Below, piece after piece: positions 50,263 to 62,629 of a DNA stretch of 64,000 bases. A model generated the notes under the pieces. That model made no database searches, was not told the origin of the DNA, and saw only the letters and a program-made list of their open reading frames with translations. Source of the stretch: an uncultured delta proteobacterium (lineage in GTDB: Bacteria > Desulfobacterota > RBG-13-43-22); assembly GCA_963790475.1 (NCBI GenBank), contig CAWBOS010000012.1, positions 1,088,001-1,152,000 on the forward strand, given 5' to 3'. The position numbers and the translations under genes were made by a program. Position 1 is the stretch's first letter. The number at the start of each line of letters is the position of its first letter.

Positions 50263-52788
50263 CTATTGTAAAACCCCTCGGACAAAACTTCTAATTTCCC
50301 ATCCTTCTTTTTTTAAATCAAAGCAGATCGCCCCTTCCTGCTCAGTTCGAAATATGGCTATCCCCCGTTCCCGATATCGTCGGATGATCTCGGGGTGGGG
50401 GAGGGGAAGACGGAAAGAGGCTCGTCCGGAAATCACCGCATAACGAGGTTGGACCGCTTCGATAAAAGGGATCGTACTCGATGTCAGGCTTCCATGATGG
50501 GGGACCAGGAGGATTTGGGATTTTAGAGAAAGGTTCTTTTTCAGAAGAACCTTTTCCGTCTCTACTTCAATATCCGCCGGCAGAAGTAGTTGCTGGTCTT
50601 TGTACCTTAAATTTATAACTAAAGAATCATTATTCTGGCTATGATAGGACTTCAAAATCGTTTTTTCTCCATAGGAAGATTTCATTGGGGCGTGGAACAC
50701 CTCAACCCACACACCGGAAATCGATCGTGACCAGCCCGGACCGGGGTAGACCACGGGAATTTTCTTTTGTCGAATCAATTCTCCAAAACGCTGGAAGGCT
50801 TCGGAATCAACCTGTTGACCATTAGACCAGATCTCCTTCACCTTGAATTTGGAAAGAATAAACGGCAATCCATTTAAATGATCCGGATGGGGATGGGTGA
50901 GGACCACAACGTCCAGAGCGGTAATTTTCTTATCCCAAAGAAAGGGGGCGACCACACGTTCTCCGAGATCAAATTCGGGATTAAAGGAACCCCCGCCGTC
51001 GACAAGCATTTTCTGACCCCGGGGAAGCTCTATAAGCGTGGAGCTGCCATGACCGACATCTAAAAAGGTGGCTCTGAAAGGCGGTGAAAAGAAATCCCGG
51101 ATCTGGGGGGAGAAGAAGAATAAAAACATTCCTAAACAGGACAGGGAAATCAACCAACCCGGTTTGGGTATTTTACGCCAGTTAAATACCAACACCAGGG
51201 TCAGATAAAAAAAAACGATTTCCCCGTATCCCGGCCGGGGCAAAACCAAAAAAGCCAGCGGCAGGTCGGAAAAAAAAAGGGTCAACCCCAAGGTCCATTG
51301 CAGCAGCAGATTCATAATCCAGAAAAGGGCCGAAGAGAGAGGGGAAAAAATGGGGGCGAAGATCAGGGCCAGGAGGCCGATGGGTGTGGCCAGGATGCCG
51401 CTTAAGGGGACCAGAATAAGGTTACTGATTAGACCGATCAGGGAGACCTGGTGAAACCACCAGGCTACCACCGGAGAGGTGGCCAGTTGACAAACCAGGG
51501 AAACACAAAAAGTACCCCAAAGGTAAAAAGCCCCGCGTCGGATAAGGGAGGTTTTTCCCCAGCTCCAAGCCGAATCAGGATTCAATATCCTGGGGAGCAA
51601 GGTGCCAATGGCCCAGACTGCAAGAAAGGATAATTGAAAGGAAGGCAGAAACAGGGAATCTGGGGACAGCAGCAAGATGATAAGAGCTGCTAGGGCCAGA
51701 CTATTGAGTAAATCAGAATATTTGTTCAGCAGAAGGGCGGTTATGACCATACTCACCATAAAAAAGGCCCGGGCCGCTGAGGGGCTCATCCCGGCCAATA
51801 GAGTATATCCCAAAACAGGGAAAAAAGTGCCGATCAAAGCCCATTTTCGAACATTAATATGCAAGAGGATGGTCTCGGACAGGCTGAATAAAAACCGGAA
51901 CAAATAATAAGACAGACCGCCCACCAGGGTGAGATTCAGGCCGGAGAAGGCCAGGAGGTGAGAGACCCCGGCCTGGCTGAAGGCTTGTTGGATCTCCCGG
52001 GGAATTTTGCTCTGATCCCCCGTCAAAAGGGCCTGGGCCAGGCCATTGAAAGGGGGCGGGCTCCTGGAGTCAATCAAATCGGAAACTTGTTTTCTAAGGA
52101 TGGACAGACACTGCCAGGGCCAGGACCTCTGATTGGGTCCGTTCAGGATCAGAAGTTCAGGATCATCAATAAATCCCGAGACCCGAATTCCTTTTCGGGC
52201 CATCCTCTTTTCAAAGTCAAAGCCACCAGGATTGCGGTAGCCTTCGATCAAACGCAATCGGCAGACAAACCGAATCGGATCTCCCTGATCGAATCCTTTG
52301 ATGAGGCCTTTGATTCCCAGGAGAATTATTCCCTGGGCTGATCGGCTTTGACCTTGGTCCGTATAACCAGTCAGTCGAATAACCAAGCGGGTCCTATCGG
52401 GATAATAAGCCGGTTCCTCCAAAATCACCCCGGACAGATTCTGCAACTGACCGGTTAGCAGAGCAGGGGGGACCTGCGGGGTTGTAGCTTGAGGAGAAAG
52501 GAAAGTCACCAGACTGAGACCGGTCACTATAAAGAAAGCGCATGCGCTCCAGATAGCAGCAGATGGGAAGAAAAGAATAACAACCGGGCTGGCTAATAGA
52601 ATAAAAAGCAGCACCCAGGGAGCAACCGGCAGATTAGAATCGAAGACTTGAGTCCCCAGAATCAGGCCGGTTATCAGGGCCAGGACTAAAGGGATCCCGG
52701 CGCGGGCCAGAAAATGGTTTTGAGGGTTGGTACTTGGATTTTGACTTGGGTTGGGATTTTTTATTTTTGATTTCGGAGTCAGAATCAT
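50263..52788 (-). CDS. comEC: Competence protein ComEC/Rec2
   Basis: RNPGGFD, SHLLAFSGLN, SFQLSF, DVGHG, HPHPDH, PHHGS motifs. Confidence 0.92.
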   Translation of the reverse strand: MILTPKSKIKNPNPSQNPSTNPQNHFLARAGIPLVLALITGLILGTQVFDSNLPVAPWVLLFILLASPVVILFFPSAAIWSACAFFIVTGLSLVTFLSPQATTPQVPPALLTGQLQNLSGVILEEPAYYPDRTRLVIRLTGYTDQGQSRSAQGIILLGIKGLIKGFDQGDPIRFVCRLRLIEGYRNPGGFDFEKRMARKGIRVSGFIDDPELLILNGPNQRSWPWQCLSILRKQVSDLIDSRSPPPFNGLAQALLTGDQSKIPREIQQAFSQAGVSHLLAFSGLNLTLVGGLSYYLFRFLFSLSETILLHINVRKWALIGTFFPVLGYTLLAGMSPSAARAFFMVSMVITALLLNKYSDLLNSLALAALIILLLSPDSLFLPSFQLSFLAVWAIGTLLPRILNPDSAWSWGKTSLIRRGAFYLWGTFCVSLVCQLATSPVVAWWFHQVSLIGLISNLILVPLSGILATPIGLLALIFAPIFSPLSSALFWIMNLLLQWTLGLTLFFSDLPLAFLVLPRPGYGEIVFFYLTLVLVFNWRKIPKPGWLISLSCLGMFLFFFSPQIRDFFSPPFRATFLDVGHGSSTLIELPRGQKMLVDGGGSFNPEFDLGERVVAPFLWDKKITALDVVVLTHPHPDHLNGLPFILSKFKVKEIWSNGQQVDSEAFQRFGELIRQKKIPVVYPGPGWSRSISGVWVEVFHAPMKSSYGEKTILKSYHSQNNDSLVINLRYKDQQLLLPADIEVETEKVLLKKNLSLKSQILLVPHHGSLTSSTIPFIEAVQPRYAVISGRASFRLPLPHPEIIRRYRERGIAIFRTEQEGAICFDLKKEGWEIRSFVRGVLQ

Positions 52789-52892
52789 AAGAATTCAATA
52801 TTTCAATTAGATTCTTACTTCTTGGATAGTTCATCCTTCTAAATTATGATTCCCTGATTCCGGCCTCAAAAACATCAAGGTTTGGCTGGTTT

Positions 52893-54155
52893 TTATGCCG
52901 ACTCTTTTATCCGCTCTATCCGCGCACCCAGAGGAAGAAGTTTTTTCTCCAGGCCTTCATATCCCCGGTCCAGATGATAGACCCGTGAGATCTCAGTAAT
53001 ACCACCGGCAGCGAGTCCGGCCACGACCAGAGAGGCACTGGCCCGCAGGTCGGTGGCCATCACCGGGGCCCCCAGGAGGCGGGACACCCCCTTGACTACT
53101 GCTTGATTTCCGGATATTTGAATATCGGCCCCCATCCGCCGCAGCTCGCTGACGTGCATGAAACGATTTTCGAAAATCGTTTCTTTGATTAGACTGGTAT
53201 CCTGGCTGAGGGACATGAGGGCCATGAACTGGGCCTGCATATCCGTTGGAAATCCGGGATAGGGCCGCGTGGTCAGCGAAACACTTTTTATTTTCTGAGG
53301 TCCGTGAACGGTCAACCCTGTTTTTTTCTGGGAAAACTCCAAGCCGGCCTCCCGTAATTTCATCATCACCGTTTCCAGACATGATCCGTCATACCCGGCC
53401 AGCGTGATTTCTCCCCGGGTGATGCCGGCGGCGGTCATATAAGTCGCGGCCTCAATACGATCGGGCATAATCTGATAGGGAGTCGGGTGGAGATGGGAAA
53501 CGCCGCGAATGGTCATGACATCGGTCCCGGCCCCTTCAATCTTGGCCCCCATGGCCAACAGAAAATTAGCCAGGTCCACAACCTCGGGTTCCTTGGCCGC
53601 ATTACCGATGATCGTTTTCCCCTTGGCTAAGCAAGCGGCCATCATCAGGTTTTCTGTCCCCGTTACCGTGGGGATATCAAACACAATTTCAGCCCCCTGT
53701 AATTGGCGGGCTTTGGCTTCCACATAGCCATGTTTCAAGTCGATTCGGGCACCCATCAATTCCAGACCGGTTAAATGCAGATTGATGGGCCTGGCTCCGA
53801 TAGCACATCCCCCGGGTAACGATACCCGGGCCCGGCCGAAGCGGGCCACCAAAGGTCCGAGAACCAGGATGGAGGCCCTCATGGTCCTGACCAGATCGTA
53901 AGGGGCCTCGAATCGATCGATCTTTGAAGCATTGATGCGCAGGGTCGATTCGGGACCTTCTTCAAAGGATGCCCCTAAAAAAGATAACAGTTTTTTTTCG
54001 GTCTGGATATCTCTCAGGGCCGGAAGATTGGATAGGGTAATCCAGCCGTCGGTTAAGAGGGCGGCCGACATAATAGGCAAAGCAGCGTTCTTGGCCCCGG
54101 ACAGGACCACCTTCCCTTTTAAAGGGATTCCTCCCTGAATACGAATTTTATCCAT
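52893..54155 (-). CDS. murA: UDP-N-acetylglucosamine 1-carboxyvinyltransferase
   Basis: [30 protein letters not shown] motifs. Confidence 0.97.
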   Translation of the reverse strand: MDKIRIQGGIPLKGKVVLSGAKNAALPIMSAALLTDGWITLSNLPALRDIQTEKKLLSFLGASFEEGPESTLRINASKIDRFEAPYDLVRTMRASILVLGPLVARFGRARVSLPGGCAIGARPINLHLTGLELMGARIDLKHGYVEAKARQLQGAEIVFDIPTVTGTENLMMAACLAKGKTIIGNAAKEPEVVDLANFLLAMGAKIEGAGTDVMTIRGVSHLHPTPYQIMPDRIEAATYMTAAGITRGEITLAGYDGSCLETVMMKLREAGLEFSQKKTGLTVHGPQKIKSVSLTTRPYPGFPTDMQAQFMALMSLSQDTSLIKETIFENRFMHVSELRRMGADIQISGNQAVVKGVSRLLGAPVMATDLRASASLVVAGLAAGGITEISRVYHLDRGYEGLEKKLLPLGARIERIKESA

Positions 54156-55041
54156 GATAACAGGCCTTCAAAACCCGATCCTTCCCGGCATAATCCCGGA
54201 GGATGTTTATTGGATTAAAGTGATGTTCTTGGGCCAGGGTCAGGATCTGTGGTCCCTGGGTTTCTCCGATTTCAAGAAGCAGCCAGCCTCCGGTCTTGAG
54301 CTGTGTCGCTGCTTGATGAAAAATCTGTCGAATGGCCTCCAGACCATCTAAACCGCCTGAAAGGGCCTTGACCGGTTCATATCCTTTCACGGTATCCGGC
54401 AGGGAAAACATTTCAGTTTCCGAAATATAAGGGGGATTGGACACCAATAGATCGATCCACCTCGAATGGGAAGAAAAAGGCTTTAACCAGTCTCCCTGAA
54501 CAAAGTGAATTTTCCTCTCCACCCCATGAAAGGCGGCATTTTTTTGAGCGGTTCTCAGTGCCTCCCGGGAGAGGTCAGTAGCTATGAGTCTTGTTGTGTT
54601 TAGAGGTGTTAGAGACTTGGACAAGGCGATGGAAATAGCCCCGGAGCCGGTCCCCAGTTCAACCAGGGTCATGGGTTCTGTTCGGGTTGAAACGATACTT
54701 AATGTCTCCTCAACCAGCATTTCAGTTTCCGGTCGAGGGATCAGCACCTTCGGGTTAACTTCAAAATTCAGAGACCAGAATTCCTTGTGACCGGTCAGAT
54801 AAGCAATCGGTTCATGTCCGGCCCTTCGAAGGACTTTTTCTTGAAAAATAACCCCTTCTTTTTCATCCAGGAATTGATCGGAGTGGATGATCAATCCCGG
54901 ACGATCGAGACCTACGACTGCTCCGAGCAGTAATTCCGCGCTTAGGCGGGGATCGGGGAGACCCTCAGCCTGCAAGCAGGATCCGGCCCAGGCCAGGGCT
55001 TGTTGGACGGTACATGGTATGGGGTTTAAGGTGTCCGGCAT
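54148..55041 (-). CDS. prmC: Release factor glutamine methyltransferase
   Basis: [18 protein letters not shown] motifs; follows prfA. Confidence 0.95.
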   Translation of the reverse strand: MPDTLNPIPCTVQQALAWAGSCLQAEGLPDPRLSAELLLGAVVGLDRPGLIIHSDQFLDEKEGVIFQEKVLRRAGHEPIAYLTGHKEFWSLNFEVNPKVLIPRPETEMLVEETLSIVSTRTEPMTLVELGTGSGAISIALSKSLTPLNTTRLIATDLSREALRTAQKNAAFHGVERKIHFVQGDWLKPFSSHSRWIDLLVSNPPYISETEMFSLPDTVKGYEPVKALSGGLDGLEAIRQIFHQAATQLKTGGWLLLEIGETQGPQILTLAQEHHFNPINILRDYAGKDRVLKACYHG

Positions 55042-55110
55042 AGGTTTTTCCTTGAACCTCCTGCCCCTGCATGCCTGCAGGCGCAGGCCCTAAACCTTTT
55101 CACCGGGTTA

Positions 55111-56181
55111 TCAATTATCCCCGGCTTTAAGTTGTTCGGCTTGATAGTGCGTTGTCAAAGGATCGATAACCTCGGCAAGGTTGCCTTCCATAATCGTATC
55201 CAATTGATAAAGGGTCAAACCGATTCGGTGATCCGTCAGTCGGTTCTGGGGGAAATTATATGTTCGGATCCGTTCACTGCGATCGCCGCTGCCGACCTGA
55301 CTTTTTCGATCCTCGGAAATTTTATCCTGTTGTTCTTTGACTTTGAGGTCCAGCAAACGGGCCCTCAGGACTTTTAAGGCCTTGGCCTTGTTTTTATGCT
55401 GGGATTTTTCGTCCTGGCAGGAGACCACCAGTCCGGTCGGCAGGTGAGTGACGCGTATGGCCGAATCGGTGGTATTGACACTTTGCCCGCCAGGCCCGGA
55501 AGAACGGAAAACATCTACCCGGATTTCTTCGGGATCGATGACGATATCCACTTCCTCGGCCTCAGGGAGTACGGCCACCGTGACCGCCGAGGTATGGAGA
55601 CGGCCTTGCGCTTCCGTGGCCGGAACCCGCTGAACCCGGTGGACACCGCTTTCATATTTGAGTTTGCTGTAGGCCCCTTTTCCTTCGATCAGGGCTATGA
55701 TTTCCTTGTAACCTCCCATACCGGTCGGATGCTCGCCCATGATCTCCACTTTCCAGCCCATGGCCTCGGCCAGCTTGGAGTACATGCGAAAAAGATCGGC
55801 GGCAAACAGAGCGGCCTCCTCTCCTCCGGTGCCGGCCCGGATTTCGAGAAAAGTGTTTTTCTCATCATTGGGATTTTTTGGCAAAAGGAGTACCCTGATT
55901 TCTTCCTCGATCTGGGAAATTTCCTCTTTCAGAATTTCAATCTCGATCTTGGCCAGCTCTCTCATCTGGGGATCGGCATCTTCCAGAAGTTCATTGTTTT
56001 CTGATAATTGTTCGGAGAGAGATTTGTAGCGGCGATACTTGGCCATTAAGGGGGCCAAGCTGGAATGCTCTTTGGCCAGCTTTTGATAGGCTAAGGGGTT
56101 TCTGTGGACTTCGGAATCACTGAGTGATTTCTCCAATTTCAGAAAACGGTTCTCCACTTCTTCCAGTTTTTTTAAAAGCAT
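55111..56181 (-). CDS. prfA: Peptide chain release factor 1
   Basis: PAT recognition motif, [11 protein letters not shown]. Confidence 0.97.
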   Translation of the reverse strand: MLLKKLEEVENRFLKLEKSLSDSEVHRNPLAYQKLAKEHSSLAPLMAKYRRYKSLSEQLSENNELLEDADPQMRELAKIEIEILKEEISQIEEEIRVLLLPKNPNDEKNTFLEIRAGTGGEEAALFAADLFRMYSKLAEAMGWKVEIMGEHPTGMGGYKEIIALIEGKGAYSKLKYESGVHRVQRVPATEAQGRLHTSAVTVAVLPEAEEVDIVIDPEEIRVDVFRSSGPGGQSVNTTDSAIRVTHLPTGLVVSCQDEKSQHKNKAKALKVLRARLLDLKVKEQQDKISEDRKSQVGSGDRSERIRTYNFPQNRLTDHRIGLTLYQLDTIMEGNLAEVIDPLTTHYQAEQLKAGDN

Positions 56182-56189
56182 AATCGGAC

Positions 56190-57128
56190 TTAAATAACCT
56201 TTGATTCGGAAAGTCGGCCTTCAAGAGTTAGAACCCGGTTCAGAGCGGACAAGGCTACTTCGATTTGGTCTTCGGTGGGTTCCTGGGTGGTCAGTCGTTG
56301 AATCCACAACCCGGGAAGGATAACGATGCGCATCCAGGGGAGATGGGTTTTCTTGCTGGAATATTTAATTGCCTCATAGGCCAGACCGGTAATGGGAATC
56401 ATCAACACGATCTTGAAGACGACATACAACCCATTCCGGGACCAGGAACTCAGAGAAGGCATCTTAGGCAAAAAAGGAAAAAGGATGGAGAAAAAAAGAA
56501 TACTGATGACCAGGAGCAGCAGGATAAAGGAAGTCCCGCAGCGGGGATGCAGCGTGGAGTGCCCTTTGGCGTTTTCCACGGTCAATTCCTGACCGGCCTC
56601 GTAGGTGAAAATCGATTTGTGTTCCGCTCCATGATATTGAAAGACCCGTCGAATATCTTTGAAACGGGAGATGATCCAGATATAAGCAATAAAGAAAAAA
56701 ACTTTGACCGCCCCGTCCAGGAGATGAAAAGAGAAAGAATCGACTCCGAAATGGAAGGAAGTCAGCCCGCCCAGATAGGCACTGATCCAATGGGGCAAGG
56801 CGACAAATAATCCCAATCCCAACAGGATGGCCATAGATAAAGTGCCCAACATGGCTACCCAGCCAATCTCCTTGGATTCTTTTTCCTCGGTCATGGCTTG
56901 ATTGGCTGAAAAATTTAAGGCCTGAATTCCCTGAATCAGGGTTTCCAGCAGGATCAGCGTTCCCCGTAACACCGGCCACTTTAGAAATGGAAAACGGTCT
57001 GACCAGGGGTGAAGGATATCCTCTTTAGTCACCATTTCCCCATTCGGCCGCCGAACTACGACGGCCAGGGATTTGGGAGCCTTCATCATCACCCCTTCAA
57101 TAACCGCTTGACCACCTACTTGAATCAA
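56190..57128 (-). CDS. DUF1385 membrane protein
   Basis: [26 protein letters not shown] motifs; TTG start overlaps the rpmE stop. Confidence 0.9.
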   Translation of the reverse strand: MIQVGGQAVIEGVMMKAPKSLAVVVRRPNGEMVTKEDILHPWSDRFPFLKWPVLRGTLILLETLIQGIQALNFSANQAMTEEKESKEIGWVAMLGTLSMAILLGLGLFVALPHWISAYLGGLTSFHFGVDSFSFHLLDGAVKVFFFIAYIWIISRFKDIRRVFQYHGAEHKSIFTYEAGQELTVENAKGHSTLHPRCGTSFILLLLVISILFFSILFPFLPKMPSLSSWSRNGLYVVFKIVLMIPITGLAYEAIKYSSKKTHLPWMRIVILPGLWIQRLTTQEPTEDQIEVALSALNRVLTLEGRLSESKVI

Positions 57129-57364
57129 ACCTGGGTTTCCTTCTCCGAAGCGGTTTTTTTGTTGTTCACTTTGCTGTATTTCTTCTGGAAACGCTCGATC
57201 CTTCCGGCCGAATCCATTATTTTTTGTTTCCCGGTGAAAAATGGATGGCACTGGGAACAAATTTCTACCCGGATGTCCTTCCGGGTGGAACCGGTGGGGA
57301 TTTCATTCCCACAGGCACAGCGAATCGTCGTTTGATAGTATGCCGGATGAATTTTTTCTTTCAT
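57125..57364 (-). CDS. rpmE: 50S ribosomal protein L31 (Zn-binding type)
   Basis: MKEKIHP..CACG...[12 protein letters not shown]. Confidence 0.97.
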   Translation of the reverse strand: MKEKIHPAYYQTTIRCACGNEIPTGSTRKDIRVEICSQCHPFFTGKQKIMDSAGRIERFQKKYSKVNNKKTASEKETQV

Positions 57365-57376
57365 AATAATAACTCC

Positions 57377-58627
57377 TTATTTATTCATTAAGCTTAAAAA
57401 ATCAGCGTTATCCTTGGTCCCATCCATCTTTTCCAGGAGAAACTCCATACTGTCCACTACGGTCAGAGGGGCCAACAATTTTCTTAGAATCCAAACCTTA
57501 TTCAGTTCGTCAGTATTTAACAACAGCTCTTCTTTGCGGGTCCCGGAACGGTTTATGTCTATGGCCGGGAATATCCGTTTGTCGCTCAGTTTGCGATCCA
57601 GATGGATTTCCATATTGCCGGTACCCTTAAATTCTTCGAAGATGACCTCGTCCATCCGGCTGCCGGTATCCACCAGGGCCGTCGCGATAATGGTCAGACT
57701 GCCACCCTCTTCGATGTTTCGTGCGGCCCCGAAAAAACGTTTGGGACGATGGAGGGCATTGGAATCCACTCCGCCGGAGAGGATCTTGCCGCTGGGAGGC
57801 ACCACGGTATTATAAGCCCTGGCCAGACGGGTAATACTGTCTAAGAGGATGACCACATCCCTTTGGTGTTCCACCAGCCGTTTGGCCTTTTCAATGACCA
57901 TTTCGGCTACCTGGATATGCCGCTGGGCCGGTTCATCAAAAGTCGAGCTGATGACCTCGGCTTTGACTGATCGTTGCATGTCGGTAACTTCTTCAGGGCG
58001 TTCGTCGATAAGCAGGACGATCAAAATGATATCCTTGAAATTTCGAGAGATGCTGTTGGCGATGTTCTGAAGCAGCATGGTCTTGCCAGTCCGGGGAGGG
58101 GAGACGATCAGACCCCTTTGACCTTTGCCGATGGGGGTTAATAAATCCATAACCCGAATCGAGTAATTGGTCGGGTCATCGGTCTCCAACTGGATCCGTT
58201 CGTCGGGATAAAGGGGAGTCAAATTGTCGAATAAGATTTTATCCCGGGAGACTTCCGGATCTTCAAAATTAACCGACTCCACTTTCAGGAGGGCAAAATA
58301 TCGTTCGTTATCTTTGGGAGACCTGATCTGTCCGGAGGTGGTATCGCCGGTCCGCAAATTAAATCTCCGGATTTGAGACGGGGAGACATAAATATCATCC
58401 GGTCCGGGAAGATAGTTGTAATCCGGGGCCCTTAAAAAACCAAATCCATCGGGCAGGATTTCCAGTACCCCTTCCCCGTAAATCAGGCCGTTTTTTTCCG
58501 TTTGGGCTTGAAGCAGGGCAAAAATAAGTTCCTGTTTCCTCATCCCGCTGGCCCCTTCGATATTAAATTCTTTCCCCATCTGGGTTAGTTCACTGATCTT
58601 CTTCTGCTTAAGTTCGGCTAAATTCAT
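57377..58627 (-). CDS. rho: Transcription termination factor Rho
   Basis: [27 protein letters not shown] motifs. Confidence 0.98.
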   Translation of the reverse strand: MNLAELKQKKISELTQMGKEFNIEGASGMRKQELIFALLQAQTEKNGLIYGEGVLEILPDGFGFLRAPDYNYLPGPDDIYVSPSQIRRFNLRTGDTTSGQIRSPKDNERYFALLKVESVNFEDPEVSRDKILFDNLTPLYPDERIQLETDDPTNYSIRVMDLLTPIGKGQRGLIVSPPRTGKTMLLQNIANSISRNFKDIILIVLLIDERPEEVTDMQRSVKAEVISSTFDEPAQRHIQVAEMVIEKAKRLVEHQRDVVILLDSITRLARAYNTVVPPSGKILSGGVDSNALHRPKRFFGAARNIEEGGSLTIIATALVDTGSRMDEVIFEEFKGTGNMEIHLDRKLSDKRIFPAIDINRSGTRKEELLLNTDELNKVWILRKLLAPLTVVDSMEFLLEKMDGTKDNADFLSLMNK

Positions 58628-58886
58628 AGTGTCCTCAATGGTTCTCCTCTACTAAACTTAAAGATGGTCTTTTGGAGAATAGGCCCTTTTATATCCAATG
58701 ATTAAAAGGCTTATAAGCTAACGATTATGCTTGACTAAAAATCACTTTATTGATCTTAGATCTTATGAGATAGCAATGAGAAATGATGATGATTTTGGAA
58801 TCTGTCGGTTTCTTTTTGGATTTATACCCTTGCCAGGCAGGAATTGGTACTTTCTTGGGGCACCATGATCTCCCTTAGTTTGCAAA

Positions 58887-58915
58887 AATCTAAAGCAAAA
58901 CTACAAGAATGTCAA
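58887..58915 (-). promoter_or_regulatory. rho operon promoter
   Basis: TTGACA-17 nt-TAGATT on the - strand. Confidence 0.6.
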
Positions 58916-58922
58916 GTATTTT

Positions 58923-59906
58923 TTATGTTTTTTTACGGGCGATTTGAGCATTGCCCGAATCGGTTCGTAAGTAATGGATGAGGTCTTCCATATCTTTGGG
59001 AATCGTCGATGAAAAATCTAAGCGATTCCTTTTGGTTGGATGAAAGAAAGAAAGACGGTAGGCATGAAGCAGTTGACGCGAGATCTCTTTTGGACCTTCA
59101 ATCGCCTTTGCTTTATCTTGGATTATGATATTCTTTTTCCCACCGTACAGAGGATCTCCAACCACCGGCCATCCTTGAGAGGAAAGGTGAACACGAATCT
59201 GATGGGTCCTTCCGGTTTTTAAAACCAGATTCAGCCAGGTGATTCCCTGGGAGAATCTTTCGATGACTTGCCATTCGGTCACAGCCGGTTTACCCTGGAT
59301 CGTATTAATGGCCATCTTTTTTCGCTGCACCGGATGACGGCCGATTGGTTTTTCAATCCTTCCCTGGCTTTTTAGTGGAAGCCCCCAAATCAAGGCCTGA
59401 TATTCCTTAATCACCTTTCCGGTTTGGAATTGGTGGATCAGTCTCTGATGTGAAATATCATTCTTGGCTACGACCATCAATCCAGAGGTGTCTTTATCCA
59501 AGCGGTGGACGATCCCGGGCCGGAGAACCCCTCCAATTCCTGAAAGATCGAGGCAGTGAAAAAGCAGGGCATGGACCAGGGTCCCGGAATAATTACCCGG
59601 TGCCGGATGGACCACCAATCCGGCGGGTTTGTCTAATACCAACAGGTCTTGATCTTCGTAGAGAATAGACAAAGGGATGTTTTCCGGGGTCAGAGATAAG
59701 GGAACGGGCTCTTCGGGAAAGAGTTCCAGGAAATCTCCGGTTTTTAAACGATAACTGCTTTTCGCAGGCTCTCCATTGACCGAGATTCGTCCGTCATCGA
59801 TCCATTTTTTGATCTGTGAACGGGAATAAGGGACTTCCTTTTCCACAAGAAAAAGATCTAATCGTTTATGAAGATCCGGGGCTTGAGCTTTGAATTCGTA
59901 CCGCAC
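58923..59906 (-). CDS. rluD: RluA/RluD pseudouridine synthase
   Basis: S4 domain, HRLDKDTSG, TGRTHQIRVH motifs. Confidence 0.9.
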   Translation of the reverse strand: MRYEFKAQAPDLHKRLDLFLVEKEVPYSRSQIKKWIDDGRISVNGEPAKSSYRLKTGDFLELFPEEPVPLSLTPENIPLSILYEDQDLLVLDKPAGLVVHPAPGNYSGTLVHALLFHCLDLSGIGGVLRPGIVHRLDKDTSGLMVVAKNDISHQRLIHQFQTGKVIKEYQALIWGLPLKSQGRIEKPIGRHPVQRKKMAINTIQGKPAVTEWQVIERFSQGITWLNLVLKTGRTHQIRVHLSSQGWPVVGDPLYGGKKNIIIQDKAKAIEGPKEISRQLLHAYRLSFFHPTKRNRLDFSSTIPKDMEDLIHYLRTDSGNAQIARKKT

Positions 59907-59980
59907 ACTTGATGACTTTGATGACCTTGGAGGTTGGATACCAGATAAGGGTCATCCGGTATCCAGTATCAGATTATTAT

Positions 59981-60994
59981 CTAACCATTCTTAATTTCAG
60001 TAAAAATCATCCGCCCTGTCCCTGTTTGCAAGACACTGGTAACGACAACCTCGATGGTTTTGCCGATATGCCGCCTGGCATTTTCAACTACTACCATAGT
60101 TCCATCGTCCATATAAGCGATGCCTTGTCCCGAAGTTTTTCCTTCCCGGATGATTTGGACGGTTAAGACTTCTCCGGATAATACGGCCGGCTTCAGGGCA
60201 TTGGCCAGCTTGTTCAGATTCAGGCATTTAACTCCCCGTAATTCAGCCACCTTGTTCAGATTGAAATCATTGGTAATGATCGTTCCATTCAGCTCCAGGG
60301 CCAAGTCCACCAGTTTGGCATCCACATTGTCTTTGGGAGGATTCTGATCCAGGATGATGACTTCTTGTTCTTTTTGTTTCTGGATCTTTTCAATGACATC
60401 CAAACCTCTTCGTCCCCGGATCTTTTTCAAAGGATCATTGGAGTCGGCAATATGGTGCAATTCCTGGAGGATAAATTGGGGGATAATCAAAGTCCCTTCT
60501 ATAAAGCCGGTTTCACAGATATCGGCAATACGGCCGTCAATGATGACACTGGTATCCAGCAAGTAGCGGGACCGGTTTTTAGAAAGGGGTGCAGGAATCA
60601 GGGCTGAGTTGGCGAACTTCCCGATTTCTTCCGCTTTGCTTCCGCCCAAAGTCAATCCCAGATATCCCAGAATGACGCTTAAAAAGACCAATATCAAATA
60701 GTGGAGAAAGGCATCGTTTCTAAAACAATCAAAGGGAAACATTAAAAGGCGAGCTACCAGTAAACCCAAAACCAGGCCGGTGACCCCTCCCAAAGAACGG
60801 CGAAGGGGGGCCTTTTTTATTTGTTTTTCAGCTACCAAGATAATCGCAGATAAAATTAGACCGCCGAAGGCCCCCAGAAAACGGAGCCAGGGGATATCCT
60901 GAGTTCCCTTAAAATGACCGGTGATAAGATAGCCACCCAGCAAACAAATAACGATTAAAATTGCTTTTAGTAAGAATTGGCCCATTTTTTTCAC
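59981..60994 (-). CDS. PIN/TRAM domain membrane protein (YacL-like)
   Basis: DTSVIIDGRI, RGRRGLD, TNDFNLNKVA, DDGTMVVVE motifs. Confidence 0.92.
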   Translation of the reverse strand: MKKMGQFLLKAILIVICLLGGYLITGHFKGTQDIPWLRFLGAFGGLILSAIILVAEKQIKKAPLRRSLGGVTGLVLGLLVARLLMFPFDCFRNDAFLHYLILVFLSVILGYLGLTLGGSKAEEIGKFANSALIPAPLSKNRSRYLLDTSVIIDGRIADICETGFIEGTLIIPQFILQELHHIADSNDPLKKIRGRRGLDVIEKIQKQKEQEVIILDQNPPKDNVDAKLVDLALELNGTIITNDFNLNKVAELRGVKCLNLNKLANALKPAVLSGEVLTVQIIREGKTSGQGIAYMDDGTMVVVENARRHIGKTIEVVVTSVLQTGTGRMIFTEIKNG

Positions 60995-61320
60995 CCCCTT
61001 TCAATTGGCTATCGCGAAATAAAAGCAGATTTCCCTTCCTTGGAGACTTTGTCGCAATCTATTTTCGTAATTATAAACGGTCCAGGAAACATGTAATTTC
61101 TTTATTTTTAAACATTTTTAGATTGCCTGGGTCGTTTTATAACCTTAACAAGGCCATTGCGGCGCTGTTTCCCGGGCAAGAAGAAAAACAAGTGGTGATT
61201 TTTAAGACTTAAAACAATAGGCCGGTCAGGAATAAAAGAATTCCTTTGAATTCAGCCGGGTGAAGGACCAAAGCAGTAATTTGGAAATTTAACGAAAACT
61301 TAAGAAGACTCTTGACTTTT

Positions 61321-61809
61321 TCAACTTTTAAAGATTCGTCTAATATTTTCCTCCACCTTGGTCTCTTCCATTTTTTTAGCTATGGAAATTTCCTTAACTA
61401 AAAGGCCCTTGGCAGTGTCAAGCATTTTCCGCTCACCAAAAGAAAGCTCCTTCTCCAATTTCAATAAAAACAGATCGCGCAGGACTTGGGCCACTTCATA
61501 GACCGAACCGGTTTTGATTTTTTCCATATACTCACGGTATCGCCGGTTCCAGCTCTGATTGTCAAATTCGACATCTTTTTCTTTTAAGATCTTAAATATT
61601 TTTGAGACCTCCTCCTCCTTAATGATCTCCCTGAGTCCGACATTGTTGGCATTACTGATCGGGATCATGATAATCATATTGTTTTCCAAAATTCGCATAA
61701 TGTAAAAATTTTGTGAAGAACCGTAAAGGTTACGAGCTTCTATGGATTCTATCCGACCAACCCCATGGGCTGGATAAACCGCCAAATCCCCCACCTTAAA
61801 TATCATCAT
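61321..61809 (-). CDS. carD: CarD-family transcriptional regulator
   Basis: FKVGDLAVYPAHGVG, WNRRYR, LSFGERKM motifs. Confidence 0.93.
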   Translation of the reverse strand: MMIFKVGDLAVYPAHGVGRIESIEARNLYGSSQNFYIMRILENNMIIMIPISNANNVGLREIIKEEEVSKIFKILKEKDVEFDNQSWNRRYREYMEKIKTGSVYEVAQVLRDLFLLKLEKELSFGERKMLDTAKGLLVKEISIAKKMEETKVEENIRRIFKS

Positions 61810-62188
61810 GGGGCAACCTCCTGGCTTATATTTTTTTAACATTATAATTATATCATCTATCTCCCGAAAACCCAACAGAAAAATATTAATAATATATCTA
61901 ATAGGAATTTATTGGTAAGAAGGTCATTTTTCTGGGATCTCTCTTCGACCGGTTGCAAAGCCACCACCGCCAGGATGGCGGCTCATCTCCTATAGAATTT
62001 TTATCCATAAGATATTATGCTAACCAATTTTTCCATTTTCATCCTTGACCCTCTCCCACTTCCTTTCTATAATCTTCCTGCATTGAACTTTTAGTTGAAA
62101 TGGGCTATATTGAAGATATTTAGATCTCGGACTGAATTCCTCGAAAACCCTTCTTTGGGGTTAACGTTAATGTTCAGAGAGGATTAAA

Positions 62189-62629
62189 GTGAAAATTTCA
62201 ACCAAAATTCGTTATGGAGTAAGAGCCCTTTGCGACATTGCCTATTCCTCAGCAGAAGCTCCTTCCCAAATTAAAGTAATTTCAACAAGACAAGGTATTT
62301 CAGCAAGATATCTTGAACAAATTTTCAAGAAATTCAGGAAGGCCGGGATCATCAAAAGCGTGCGGGGACCATTTGGAGGGTACTTACTTGCCAAAAAACC
62401 AAAAGAAATAACGGTTGGGGATATCATTAGAGCCATCGATGAGCAAGATATTGAGCTTGTTTTTTGTTCAGGGATTAAAAAAACCTCAAAAAAACCGTGT
62501 AAGCGGATAGGAAAATGTGTCGTCTCCGATATCTGGGATGAGGCCTCAAAGAAATTAATGGACTACTTTAATTCTATTACAATTAATCAAATTTGTGCGG
62601 TAGCGAAGAAACGGGGGATAGGAATCTGA
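62189..62629 (+). CDS. Rrf2-family transcriptional regulator
   Basis: RYGVRAL, YLEQI, SVRGPFGGY; three Cys for an Fe-S cluster. Confidence 0.92.
   Translation: MKISTKIRYGVRALCDIAYSSAEAPSQIKVISTRQGISARYLEQIFKKFRKAGIIKSVRGPFGGYLLAKKPKEITVGDIIRAIDEQDIELVFCSGIKKTSKKPCKRIGKCVVSDIWDEASKKLMDYFNSITINQICAVAKKRGIGI

Noticed and set aside
57129-57260. Long overlap of the DUF1385 ORF with rpmE
   Set aside because: The true start is likely the TTG at 57128 overlapping the rpmE stop.
61930-61990. c-di-GMP-II-like TGCAACCGG upstream of carD
   Set aside because: The 5' half of the motif is absent.
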